DNA of 64,000 nucleotides, from NCBI GenBank assembly GCA_047285535.1, contig JBJBDC010000001.1:2944136-3008135 (forward strand). The letters are read 5' to 3'. The notes under the pieces were generated by a model, which made no database searches, was not told the origin of the DNA, and saw only the letters and a list, made by a program, of their open reading frames with translations. This DNA is from Synechococcus sp. (lineage in GTDB: Bacteria; Cyanobacteriota; Cyanobacteriia; PCC-6307; Cyanobiaceae). The number at the start of each line of letters is the position of its first letter. The first letter of the stretch is position 1. This document shows, one piece after another, positions 20,943 to 30,343 of this stretch. The translations under genes were made by a program, and so were the position numbers.

Positions 20943-22238
20943 TTGTCCCAATCTCAGCCCTTACCGTCGCTGCGTCTTTGGCTTCAATCCACGGCTTTGC
21001 TCACAGTGATCGCTGGCTATGCATTGATGCTGTTTTTTAATGCTGTTCTGGCCGATGGGCAACGGCGTCATCATCACCAGAAGTTGCGGTCCTCTGTTGA
21101 GCGTCGTCTTCAGGAGCGATCGGACCTGATTCTGCCGTTCGACAACACACAACTTCATATTTCACTGGGTTCTCGGGGACCTGAGTTGTCTCCGGAGCTG
21201 CAGTTGCTGGCCGATGGTCAGCATTGGATGGTGAGTCGTCGGCTTTTGTCCGAATCGGGAAATCAGTGGCTTTGGTTGGAGGTACGTCAGAACGTCACCA
21301 GCTCTTTGCGTCAGGAGCGCTTCAGTCAGTTGATGTTGATCGCTGCAGCCTGTATTTCCATCTTGCTCACTGCTTTATTGCTACGGCCTGTTCTGTATCG
21401 GGGATTGGTGCTTCCGCTGAATACCCTGATTGGGCAATTGCAGAATGTAGAGGCCGATACCCTCGCTCAAAACCTGCCTGAGGCTGACCTTCAGCCTCAG
21501 GAGTTGCGGCCGATTATTCTTGCCTTCAATCAATTGCAACAACGCCTAGCCCTTGCTTGGCAACGAGAAAAGGACTTCATCGATGGTGCCGTCCATCAGC
21601 TGCGCACTCCGATCACGGTGATCTCTGGGCACGCGCAACGGCTGAACCTTCAGCCCCTGCCTCCTAAAAGTGAACGTTCTGTTGCGCTGATTGCATCAGA
21701 GTCGCACCGAATGGCTGAGATTCTTGCTGTGTTGCGCGATCTGTCTCGCATTGATGCGGGGCGATTGTCATTGCAACTTGAACCTCTTGATGCCGATGAG
21801 CAGTTGCTGGCTGCGTATGAACGCTGCTCGTCGGCTGCGCTGGATCGATTGCGACTTCCTCTGCCTGCTTCAGACCCAGAGTTGATGTTTCAGGCAGACC
21901 GCATGCGGTTGCAGCAATGTCTGGATGCTCTGATTGCCAATGCTTTGCTGTACAGCGAAGGCCACGTGCAGTTGCAGTCAGAAATGGGCAACGATGAAGT
22001 GATCATGCATGTTCTTGATTCTGGTCCTGGAATTGTGTGCGCTGAACGTGAACTCGTGCTTGCGAGGTTTGAAAGGGGCTCCACGTCTGTTGGCACCCGG
22101 GGAACAGGGCTTGGACTGGCCCTTGTTGATGAGTTGGTGAGGGCGATGGGTGGCGATCTACTCATCGCCGATGCGTCAGGGGGTGGGGCTGACTTGCAGT
22201 TGCGATTCAGTCTTTTGACTTCTCGATCCGAGCCATGA
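20943..22238 (+). CDS. Sensor histidine kinase (2 TM, HAMP)
   Basis: H-box AVHQLRTPIT, N-box ANALLYS, DSGPGI, GTGLGLA. Confidence 0.93.
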   Translation: MSQSQPLPSLRLWLQSTALLTVIAGYALMLFFNAVLADGQRRHHHQKLRSSVERRLQERSDLILPFDNTQLHISLGSRGPELSPELQLLADGQHWMVSRRLLSESGNQWLWLEVRQNVTSSLRQERFSQLMLIAAACISILLTALLLRPVLYRGLVLPLNTLIGQLQNVEADTLAQNLPEADLQPQELRPIILAFNQLQQRLALAWQREKDFIDGAVHQLRTPITVISGHAQRLNLQPLPPKSERSVALIASESHRMAEILAVLRDLSRIDAGRLSLQLEPLDADEQLLAAYERCSSAALDRLRLPLPASDPELMFQADRMRLQQCLDALIANALLYSEGHVQLQSEMGNDEVIMHVLDSGPGIVCAERELVLARFERGSTSVGTRGTGLGLALVDELVRAMGGDLLIADASGGGADLQLRFSLLTSRSEP

Positions 22239-22920
22239 AGCCCACACCACGAATGGTGTGGATCAGTTGAGGTAATTCAGGCTTTTCGATCTTTCGCCGC
22301 AAGTAGCCCATGTAAACATCCAATGTGTTTGGATCACCCACGAATGGTGCACCCCAGACTCCTTCAAGAATCTCGCGACGTTCCAGCACTTGTCCAGATC
22401 GCTTCACAAGGAAATGAAGCAGATTGAATTCGCGTTGCGACAGCGACAGCTCTTTCTCTCCACGATGGACGACTCGGCTGAGGAGGTCTATCCGTAGATC
22501 ACCAAGCTCTAGTTGCTCTTCTTGTTGTTCTGCTTTTGCGAACTGACCACGTCGTAATCGAGCACGCACTCGGGCATGGAGTTCTTTCAGCTCAAAAGGT
22601 TTGGTGATGTAGTCGTCTGCTCCAAGATCGAGGGCTTGAACGCGGTCTTCTAGATCGTCATGAGCGGTGAGCATCAACATTGGGGTGGTGTCGCCGCTGA
22701 GACGCAGCCGTCTGCAGATTTCGATTCCGTCAAAGTCTGGAAGCGACCAATCCAGGACGACAAGATCAAAGTGTTCCTTTCGCAGCAGCATCAAAGCGTC
22801 GACACCACAGTTGACACCGATACACTTCACCTCCTCGCTCGCGAGCTCTTCCACGAGAAAGCTCAATAGCTCTGGGTCGTCATCAACGATCAGCAACCTG
22901 GAACGTGTCTCCTCCGACAT
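22207..22920 (-). CDS. OmpR-family response regulator
   Basis: LLIVDDD, VLDWSLP, GADDYITKPF, winged helix LIHTIRGVGF. Confidence 0.95.
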   Translation of the reverse strand: MSEETRSRLLIVDDDPELLSFLVEELASEEVKCIGVNCGVDALMLLRKEHFDLVVLDWSLPDFDGIEICRRLRLSGDTTPMLMLTAHDDLEDRVQALDLGADDYITKPFELKELHARVRARLRRGQFAKAEQQEEQLELGDLRIDLLSRVVHRGEKELSLSQREFNLLHFLVKRSGQVLERREILEGVWGAPFVGDPNTLDVYMGYLRRKIEKPELPQLIHTIRGVGFMARIEKSKD

Positions 22921-22993
22921 CGGGGCTTCATTGTCTTCTCAAAAGATACGGTGATTGGCAGTGGAACGCTTTCACTAGTTGCCTTGAGTCCTT

Positions 22994-23491
22994 GTGATCT
23001 GTTCGCGGGTTGTTTGGCCCCGATCGCAGTCGGGATTTGTGTTGCCCTTGGCTGTATCCGCTTCAGCGGTGTTGCTTTTAGGCAGCGCTTCCATGCTTAC
23101 GCTGAGTCTTCAGCGGCGACTGAGCATTCAATCGTCCAGTCGTCGAGACATCAGCGCAGATCAATTACGTTCTGCAGCGCAGGCGTTTGCTGCGCATGCC
23201 CGCGGGCCGGAGGCCTGTTTGCTGTTGCGAGCAAAACTTGATTGGCCCCATCGTCTTCAGCTCTGCGATGACGTTGATCCCTCTCGTTTAAGTCATGGTG
23301 TTGTGGGAGAAACCCATTGGTCTTTGCTCGATTGGCAGCCCAGTGTTGATAGCGGATGGCTGAGTTTGCAAGTAGGCCATGACCGAACTGCGAGATTTCG
23401 CCTTGCGTTAGATCCAGTTGCTCCTGCGGTGATCGGGATCAGTGAACCGCAGCGTTTAGCTCCATCCACGCATGGGGAGATTGATCGATGA
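22994..23491 (+). CDS. Short PilX-like pilin
   Basis: QSG|FVLPLAVSASAVLLL (no E5); first gene of a coupled 4-gene set. Confidence 0.7.
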   Translation: MICSRVVWPRSQSGFVLPLAVSASAVLLLGSASMLTLSLQRRLSIQSSSRRDISADQLRSAAQAFAAHARGPEACLLLRAKLDWPHRLQLCDDVDPSRLSHGVVGETHWSLLDWQPSVDSGWLSLQVGHDRTARFRLALDPVAPAVIGISEPQRLAPSTHGEIDR

Positions 23492-23928
23492 CGTTGATTG
23501 AAGTCTTGATGTCCTCGGTTGTGCTTGCTGGGAGCAGTAGCGCAGCACTCGGCATTTGGAGTCAAGCTGCAGGAGAGATTCAACGTGCTCAGCGACTGGA
23601 GGGGCTGTCCCTCCAACTGGAAACGGTACGCATTGCCACGCATCGTTGGCTTGAGTCTGGACTGTCGTCGTCGGATCTTTTGGATCCAACGGCGCATGAT
23701 TGTCGGTTTGAGCCAGCAGCTTTAGAAGCAGCAGCGGCTGCGCATTTGAGCGCAGAGGCTGATATTCACCTTCTCTGGCAGCCTGATCCCCAGGGGCTCG
23801 GCCATTGGCTAGAGCTGACTGTGCCATCTGAGGATCAATCTGAGCATCAGTCATCTCTATTGACGAGACGTCAATTGTTTACACCTGCGGCCTATGGCCT
23901 TTGTCGTTCTGACGAGGAGCGGCGATGA
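23488..23928 (+). CDS. PilV-like minor pilin
   Basis: MTLIEVLMSSVVL; ATGA overlap with upstream gene. Confidence 0.75.
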   Translation: MTLIEVLMSSVVLAGSSSAALGIWSQAAGEIQRAQRLEGLSLQLETVRIATHRWLESGLSSSDLLDPTAHDCRFEPAALEAAAAAHLSAEADIHLLWQPDPQGLGHWLELTVPSEDQSEHQSSLLTRRQLFTPAAYGLCRSDEERR

Positions 23929-24443
23929 CCTTGATGGAGCCCTTATTGGTCGTGGTTCTGTTGGGGATTCTGGCCTCAATGGCAGTGGTGTCTGGTGGCA
24001 CCGATCGTGATCAGCTTCAGCTCGCCGCTGCTGCGCGCCGTTTACAGAGTGGTTTGGATCGTGGTCGTAGCATCGCAAGACGTGAGCAGAGACCCTGCGG
24101 CATTGCTCTCGGCCAGGAGGGGTGGATGGCCCCGGAGCAGGTGATGTTGCCTGGCAACATCCGCGCCTGTTCGGACAGTGGCATGTCGTTGCAGGAATCT
24201 GTTGAGACAGGGCCAATAGAGCTGAACACCAACATGCCAGCCGTGCTGCGTATCGCCGCAAATGGTCTGATCTTGGATGGCGGTATTGCTGTTCTCAGTC
24301 ATCAGCGCTTACCCAACACTCGATGCTTGGTGGTGAGCATCCCCTTGGGCGTAAGTCGCATTGGTGTCTATCAAGAGCCGCTTCCCCTGAGGCAAAGACG
24401 CCTAAGTAGTAGCCGTTGCCTACCTGATCAGGATCAGAGTTGA
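23925..24443 (+). CDS. FimT/GspH-like minor pilin
   Basis: MTLMEPLLVVVLLGILASMA; RCLVVSIPLG; ATGA overlap. Confidence 0.8.
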   Translation: MTLMEPLLVVVLLGILASMAVVSGGTDRDQLQLAAAARRLQSGLDRGRSIARREQRPCGIALGQEGWMAPEQVMLPGNIRACSDSGMSLQESVETGPIELNTNMPAVLRIAANGLILDGGIAVLSHQRLPNTRCLVVSIPLGVSRIGVYQEPLPLRQRRLSSSRCLPDQDQS

Positions 24444-24447
24444 GCCG

Positions 24448-25023
24448 ATGTCTGACAAGGCGCAACGATCTGGCTTCACCTTGATTGAACTGATGCTTGC
24501 GATCAGCCTTGGCAGCGTGTTTTTCAGCGCGTTGCTGAGCTTGGTTGGCGCTGATCTACAACTAGGGCAAACGATGGCGAGTCGATTGCGTGAATTGGCG
24601 TGGCAACGCCGCACATTGGATCTTATTCGTGAAGAATTGGCTGTTGGCTCCAGCTGGACCTTGGATCCAGCGTTATCTCAGGACTGGCCTTGTGCCATGG
24701 CAGGCCGCCGACCAGTGTTGGCGATTCAGCTGGATCACACCGGAACTCAACCGTTCTCAAACAGCATTGTGTACAGCGTTGGTCCTGCACCGTCTCCGAT
24801 CTGGCGTGGTTTGGTGTTGATGCGTTGTGGTCCTGCCTATGGACTCGATGGTGTGATCAGGCCGGAGGGGATTGCCCAGAACCGAGTGATGATTGATGGT
24901 TTACCCAAGGATGGTCTTGGGTTTCAGGCACGCAAGGATCCCCACACAAGGGTTCTGTACCTTCAATTGGAACAAAGGCTTAAGGCTGGTTCAGCTCGTT
25001 ATCGTTCTGCTGCTGTCTTCTGA
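24448..25023 (+). CDS. PilW-like minor pilin
   Basis: SG|FTLIELMLAISLG; LMRCGPAY echoes IERCGAPL in the vWA pilin. Confidence 0.85.
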   Translation: MSDKAQRSGFTLIELMLAISLGSVFFSALLSLVGADLQLGQTMASRLRELAWQRRTLDLIREELAVGSSWTLDPALSQDWPCAMAGRRPVLAIQLDHTGTQPFSNSIVYSVGPAPSPIWRGLVLMRCGPAYGLDGVIRPEGIAQNRVMIDGLPKDGLGFQARKDPHTRVLYLQLEQRLKAGSARYRSAAVF

Positions 25024-25359
25024 CGATGGTGCCGGCATGAATAAGAAATAGATATCCACACTCGCAGCTGCGAGTGCAAGAAAAAGGTGAACAATCCAGC
25101 CGTTCTTCACACCCATTCCCCTTATGGCAATGGAGGAATTGATCACCACCATGACACTCAGAAAAGTGAACAGAATGATGCTGATCAAGCGATCCAAATG
25201 TCGGCGTTGGGTCCAAAGGCTGGCGATCAACGGCAGCAGGATCAATGTTGAGACTCCATGCAAGACCTTCATGCTGAACAGACTATGCAAATGTGGAGTG
25301 ATTGCAGCCCACAGGTTGATAGGAATCAACAGGGAACAAAAGATTAAATAAAACACCAT
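24991..25359 (-). CDS. Hypothetical 4-TM membrane protein
   Basis: Hydrophobic ORF from MVFYLIFCSLL, 8 nt after the kinase stop. Confidence 0.7.
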   Translation of the reverse strand: MVFYLIFCSLLIPINLWAAITPHLHSLFSMKVLHGVSTLILLPLIASLWTQRRHLDRLISIILFTFLSVMVVINSSIAIRGMGVKNGWIVHLFLALAAASVDIYFLFMPAPSSEDSSRTITS

Positions 25360-25367
25360 GATTAACT

Positions 25368-26864
25368 TTAGGCTGGTTTTGTCAGAATGACAGAGAAACA
25401 GCTGCCTGAACCTTCTTTGCTTTCGACGCAAACATTTCCGCCCATGGCCGAGGTCAGCAACGTGACGACTGAAAGTCCAAGTCCCGTTCCACTGTTGTTA
25501 CTACTGTTTTTCCCCCTATAAAAACGCTTGAAGATATGGGGGAGATCGCTCGCTGGGATTCCAATGCCCTCATCTTTCACATCAATGGCGATGCCGTCTG
25601 TATGAGAATGAAGTATCAATGTGATCAGTGATTCCGCGTCTGAGTATTTCGCAGCGTTGTCAATTAAATCCATCAGTACTTGCTGGAGGCGTGCGGGATC
25701 TGCTAACGCGTTGCTGTTTTCGTCGCTCGGGATTGTGTTCAGCACTTCAATTCTGCGAGAAATAAGGTTGCTTTTGCTCAGATCAGCAACTTTTTGCACC
25801 AAAACTGCGAGATCAACCACCTCTTGATTCAGCTGGAGTCGACCAGAATCACCTCGAGAGAGGTCCAGTAAGTCGTCGAGGAGCATGCGCATGCGGATGC
25901 TTTCTTCCTCTGCCGTTTGGAGTCCTCGACGCTCTTTGGCGGTGAGGCCTTCGCCGCGTTTAATGGTGCGATGTAGATAACCTTGAATAATCGTCAGTGG
26001 TGTTCGCAATTCATGGCTGACGGCACTGACAAACCGGCGTTGATCGCTCCAAGATAGGGCGAGACGTTCAATTAATTCGGAATAGGTTTTGGCGAGCTGA
26101 CGAACTTCCTTGGGGGCCGTTTTCATCTCTGGAATCGGATCTTGAGTGAGAGTTTCGGCGGTCAGTGAGGCACTGCGCTCACTAAGTTGCAGCAAAGGTT
26201 TCACAATGCGCTTCACCAACACCGTGATGGTGATCAGCGAGAGTGACATGGATCCCACCCCAATCAAAATCATCCAGCTCAGAAATTCGTTTTGGATGCG
26301 GCTTGAGTCGTTGGTTGTTGTGATGCTCCAGAGACGTTCTCCAGTTGGGTAAGACTGAGTCAGCATGGTGAGGTACTCCTTGCCCTCGCTTTTAATGAGA
26401 CTGGGATTTGTCGAGTTTTCATTATTGTTATGACTATCCATAGCAAGTTGCATGATTTCCCTTGGGATGGAACTGTGTCTGTCGGAGCTGTGGCCGGCAG
26501 CGGGCTCAAGAAGGGATCCATCGGCAAGCTCTAGCCAGTTGGCGCTACGAGTGGTGGAGTGGTCGCGAAGCTTTTGTTTTACTTTTGTTTGAGCTTTGGT
26601 GCTCCAATCGCTGGCTGAATGGCCTTCTCCTAACAGGCCATCCGATGCAAAGATGTTGATTAAATGGGCTGCATTCGTTCTTAATTCTGCTTCTGCAATG
26701 CGGGTTTGATTGCGATTGTTGAGCCATAACCCAGTGGTGGTCGCCCCTGTGAAACCGATCAACACTGCCGTGTAAGTGGCCAATTGAAGTTGGCCTCGAA
26801 GACTTCCGAGAATTCGAGAACGCCAGTGAGGCTCAGATGCCACGAAATCGGTCCCCGCAAACAT
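25368..26864 (-). CDS. Sensor histidine kinase (2 TM, HAMP)
   Basis: SHELRTPLT, DNAAKYS, DEGIGI, FKRFYR, GTGLGL. Confidence 0.95.
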   Translation of the reverse strand: MFAGTDFVASEPHWRSRILGSLRGQLQLATYTAVLIGFTGATTTGLWLNNRNQTRIAEAELRTNAAHLINIFASDGLLGEGHSASDWSTKAQTKVKQKLRDHSTTRSANWLELADGSLLEPAAGHSSDRHSSIPREIMQLAMDSHNNNENSTNPSLIKSEGKEYLTMLTQSYPTGERLWSITTTNDSSRIQNEFLSWMILIGVGSMSLSLITITVLVKRIVKPLLQLSERSASLTAETLTQDPIPEMKTAPKEVRQLAKTYSELIERLALSWSDQRRFVSAVSHELRTPLTIIQGYLHRTIKRGEGLTAKERRGLQTAEEESIRMRMLLDDLLDLSRGDSGRLQLNQEVVDLAVLVQKVADLSKSNLISRRIEVLNTIPSDENSNALADPARLQQVLMDLIDNAAKYSDAESLITLILHSHTDGIAIDVKDEGIGIPASDLPHIFKRFYRGKNSSNNSGTGLGLSVVTLLTSAMGGNVCVESKEGSGSCFSVILTKPA

Positions 26865-26933
26865 TGCATTGACTTCGTCAAGTTTGCCAGCAGAACCAGC
26901 GAGAATGAAATTGCATTTGTCAGCCTCTTTGTC

Positions 26934-27806
26934 TTGAGTTTTGCGGCCTCGCCCCTGGGAAGAGCACGCCCTACCCTTTCGGCCCGTATGGCCCGTTGGG
27001 GACTTGTGATTGTGGGGATTTACATCGCAGTCGCCTTGCTAACGCCTGCTTTGATCAGTGTTGGTTTTCTTCCGGATCCGAATGCGGGTCTGGACAATGC
27101 GATCTATGCCCCGCCGTCTCCTCAGCATTGGTGTGGCACTGACCGACTGGGCCGCGATGTTTGTGTGCGCACACTTCAAGGAAGTGGTGTTGCTTTGCAG
27201 GTGGTGTTGCTGGCCGTCGTTTTTGCTTTGGTGGTGGGCGTCCCTATTGGCATGATCAGTGGCTACTTGGGTGGTGGAGTTGACCGGGTTTTTGTGCTGC
27301 TGATGGACACCCTTTACACCTTGCCGGTGCTGTTGCTGGCTGTGGTGTTGGCGTTTCTAATCGGCAGAGGCATTCCGAATGCAGCGGCAGCGTTGTGTGT
27401 TGTCTACATCCCTCAATATTTCCGGGTGGTTCGCAATCAAACGGCCCAGGTGAAATCTGAGCTCTTTGTCGAAGCCGCACGAACCCTGGGAGCAGGTCCG
27501 ATCTGGATTCTGCGCCGATATTTGCTGCGAAATGTGATTACTTCAGTCCCCGTGTTGCTCACGCTCAACGCTGCTGATGCTGTTTTGGTGCTGGGAGGTT
27601 TGGGGTTTCTCGGCTTAGGACTGCCCGAAACGGTGCCTGAGTGGGGGAGTGATCTGAATTTGGCGCTTGCTGCTGTGCCCACAGGGATCTGGTGGACGGC
27701 TTTGTATCCAGGTCTGGCGATGTTTGTGCTTGTGTTGGGCTTGTCCTTCCTTGGAGAGGGGCTTGAGGCTTGGGTGAGCAGTACAGGTCGCGACGCGGCA
27801 AACTGA
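26934..27806 (+). CDS. dppC: Peptide/nickel ABC transporter permease (DppC/OppC)
   Basis: HWCGTDRLGRDV, EAARTLGA (EAA loop), GFLGLG..PEWG; start uncertain. Confidence 0.9.
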   Translation: MSFAASPLGRARPTLSARMARWGLVIVGIYIAVALLTPALISVGFLPDPNAGLDNAIYAPPSPQHWCGTDRLGRDVCVRTLQGSGVALQVVLLAVVFALVVGVPIGMISGYLGGGVDRVFVLLMDTLYTLPVLLLAVVLAFLIGRGIPNAAAALCVVYIPQYFRVVRNQTAQVKSELFVEAARTLGAGPIWILRRYLLRNVITSVPVLLTLNAADAVLVLGGLGFLGLGLPETVPEWGSDLNLALAAVPTGIWWTALYPGLAMFVLVLGLSFLGEGLEAWVSSTGRDAAN

Positions 27807-27816
27807 ACACAGATGT

Positions 27817-28086
27817 TTGCGCACCATGCCTGTTTGGGCCACGATTTCTTTGCTTGGCCTGATGACCTATCTATGGGTGTCTGGGCGGTCCAACCCTGAT
27901 GATGTCATCGGTCTGTTAGAGCAGATCTTGGCGATCACCCTTGGACTTGTGGTTCTTTTTATCGGTCGCAGTTTATTGCTGGAAGCGCTGGTGTTGGTGT
28001 TTGCTCTGCGGTTACCGGCTGCTCGTCGCAACCATCCCGTGGCGGCTCGTTCCAGGGCTGGAAAAGATATGTTGATTCCATTCTGA
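27817..28086 (+). CDS. Small hypothetical membrane protein
   Basis: Hydrophobic 89-aa ORF directly after dppC. Confidence 0.6.
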   Translation: MRTMPVWATISLLGLMTYLWVSGRSNPDDVIGLLEQILAITLGLVVLFIGRSLLLEALVLVFALRLPAARRNHPVAARSRAGKDMLIPF

Positions 28087-28111
28087 TCCAAAGCCTGAAC
28101 GCACTTTTTGG

Positions 28112-28801
28112 TCAGTACCGCAGTTTGGTGGTGCGGGGTAGGTCTTCTTGGATGACTCCCTCATCGTTGAGTGGTGGATAGGGTCTGTTCTGGTCGCGAC
28201 ACCAAGACGCCACCTCCGGATAAGCCCATTCGAACAAAATGTTTTGGTAATCCTCTGCTGGGATGCCTTCCCCTGAAGATGGAGCAAGTCCAGCTGCTTC
28301 ACGCTGGCGCAGTGCTTCAAATAAAAGGGTGGCGGTAGCCACAGAAACGTTGAGTGACTGCACCATTCCACGCATTGGAATAAAGAGATCTGTGTCCATC
28401 AACATGGTGGCCTCTTCCGTTAATCCCCATTTCTCTGCTCCCAGCACAAAGGCGCTGGGACCCGTGAAGTCACAGTCTCGGTAATCGATCGCATTGACGC
28501 TCAGATTGGTGCCATAGAGGTGAAAGCCCCTTGCTTTCAGCATTTGGACGGCTGAATGGATGCTGTGGTGGTCGCGCAAGGGCACCCATCGTTGACTCCC
28601 TTGTGCCGTACTGTTGTAGGTGCGCGAACGACCACTGAGGCTGACGGCATGGGCCTCGAGGACGCCAACGGCATCGCAGCTGCGCAGGATGGCGGAAAGG
28701 TTGTGGGGTTTGTCCACATGCTCGATCAGAACGGTGAGGTCGGACATGCGTTCGTTCAGTACCGCACGCAACCGCTCAAAACGGCGGGGAAGCAGGGGCA
28801 T
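28112..28801 (-). CDS. trmH: tRNA (guanosine-18-2'-O)-methyltransferase
   Basis: KPHNLSAILRSCDAVG, GAEKWG, IPMRGMVQSLNVSVA (SpoU). Confidence 0.95.
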   Translation of the reverse strand: MPLLPRRFERLRAVLNERMSDLTVLIEHVDKPHNLSAILRSCDAVGVLEAHAVSLSGRSRTYNSTAQGSQRWVPLRDHHSIHSAVQMLKARGFHLYGTNLSVNAIDYRDCDFTGPSAFVLGAEKWGLTEEATMLMDTDLFIPMRGMVQSLNVSVATATLLFEALRQREAAGLAPSSGEGIPAEDYQNILFEWAYPEVASWCRDQNRPYPPLNDEGVIQEDLPRTTKLRY

Positions 28802-28931
28802 GAAACCTTCGCTCTCTGGCTTTGAGGGTATGAGATGCCGATCCCAGTCACATTCGGACGCATCGTGACCCTGGCTCGGTCATTGATTCCTGGCTGTCAT
28901 CCAGAACGATGGATGAGTTGCTACCACTTCC

Positions 28932-29255
28932 ATGACACGCGCTTCCTTCGCGGTTGCTCTAGTCCTGCTGTCTGCGCTACCAGCTTCTGCAAGGCCCTAC
29001 AACGTCTACAACGATCATTCTGAGTATGTGAATCAGCGTTATGGGGGTTCCTCCCGCGATCAATTGGTTAGAGCTAATCGAAATATCTACGCTAACAATC
29101 AAGACACCAACAGTTGCATCGAAGGCAGTGTGATCGGAGGGTTACTGGGTGCTGGGCTTGGCGCTGTTTTGTCTCGGGGAAATGGACGTTGGGTGGGTAT
29201 TCCCGTGGGTGGTGCCGCCGGAGCTCTGCTCGGCTGCCAAGTCGATGGGGGTTGA
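28932..29255 (+). CDS. Glycine-zipper 2TM secreted protein
   Basis: Signal peptide; GSVIGGLLGAGLG...GGAAGALLGC. Confidence 0.8.
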   Translation: MTRASFAVALVLLSALPASARPYNVYNDHSEYVNQRYGGSSRDQLVRANRNIYANNQDTNSCIEGSVIGGLLGAGLGAVLSRGNGRWVGIPVGGAAGALLGCQVDGG

Positions 29256-29267
29256 TGCATTCAACTC

Positions 29268-29471
29268 TTAGCGTTCTCCTGTAAAGCCGAAATTGGCCTC
29301 CAAGATGGCTGCTTGCAAAAGAGTTTGCATATTTTGCAAATGCTCTTGGTCATGGGGGTCTCCTCCTGGCCAGCGTTCAAGTCGGTAGGAGACTGCATCG
29401 CACAGAAGTCTCAGATCTGCTGGATTTAAGGAAAGATCAATACGTACATCGTCATTATCTTGTGTTGTCAT
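29268..29471 (-). CDS. Conserved small hypothetical protein
   Basis: DLRLLCDAVSYRLERWPGGDPHDQEHL. Confidence 0.7.
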   Translation of the reverse strand: MTTQDNDDVRIDLSLNPADLRLLCDAVSYRLERWPGGDPHDQEHLQNMQTLLQAAILEANFGFTGER

Positions 29472-29646
29472 AAGCCTGGAAAGAACGTCTGATGTGTGAG
29501 GACAGAGTCGATCGCAACAATGAGTTTCCTGTTGATCAAGGCAATTGCGAGGTGATAGGTCCGGGCCTAAGACACGCTGGCTGATTCTGGGGGTGCATCA
29601 CGCTGGGTCGCAAGGAGCACTCAGTTGATGGAGATTAAGAGCATCT

Positions 29647-30018
29647 GTGCATCCAAGCAGCGAGATGAGATTTGATGAGCGCGTTTGGCAAGCGGTCAGC
29701 TTGATACCGCCTCGTCATGTGGCCACCTATGGCCAGGTGGCCGACTGGATCGACGCTTGGGGGGCTGCTCGTCAGGTGGGATGGGCTCTGCGCCGGCTGA
29801 CCTTGCCTTCGAAAGTGCCCTGGCACCGCGTGGTGAATGCGCAGGGGCGTATCTCTATGTGTCTCAGTCGAGAAGGCTCTGATTGGATGCAGAGGGAGCT
29901 TTTGATTGCAGAAGGAATCCCTGTGGATGAGGAAGGCAGGCTCCCTCTGAAGGAATTTCTCTGGACACCAGACTTAGAAGTTCTGGCTCTGGAATTCAAG
30001 AAAAAGACTGATCCTTGA
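29647..30018 (+). CDS. MGMT-family alkyltransferase-like (ATL) protein
   Basis: ATYGQVA, ARQVGWAL, VPWHRVVN (Trp in place of catalytic Cys). Confidence 0.9.
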   Translation: MHPSSEMRFDERVWQAVSLIPPRHVATYGQVADWIDAWGAARQVGWALRRLTLPSKVPWHRVVNAQGRISMCLSREGSDWMQRELLIAEGIPVDEEGRLPLKEFLWTPDLEVLALEFKKKTDP

Positions 30019-30343
30019 AGTGCTAGCCATGAGTCTCAGCAGTTGATGATTCGTAGGCTTTTGCAGATTTGACCACGTTCTGTTGCCAATCGTTACCTTG
30101 CTGGCCTGTTTTATGTCGTGAGGCCGTCTTCATCGTCCTTTCTTCTTGTTCAGATTGTTGGCTTGCGAACCTTGTTTGATGACAATGTCAACCATTGACA
30201 GTGACGAACCACAAGTAACAACACCATGCACAGATTTGTGGGATGTTGATCCGTGGAGGCCATCCCTACAAGGCCTGTGATCCGTTCATAGTGATGCGAA
30301 GAGAGACGTATCGCTATGGCCAAAATGGCTGTCAAACCGGTCC

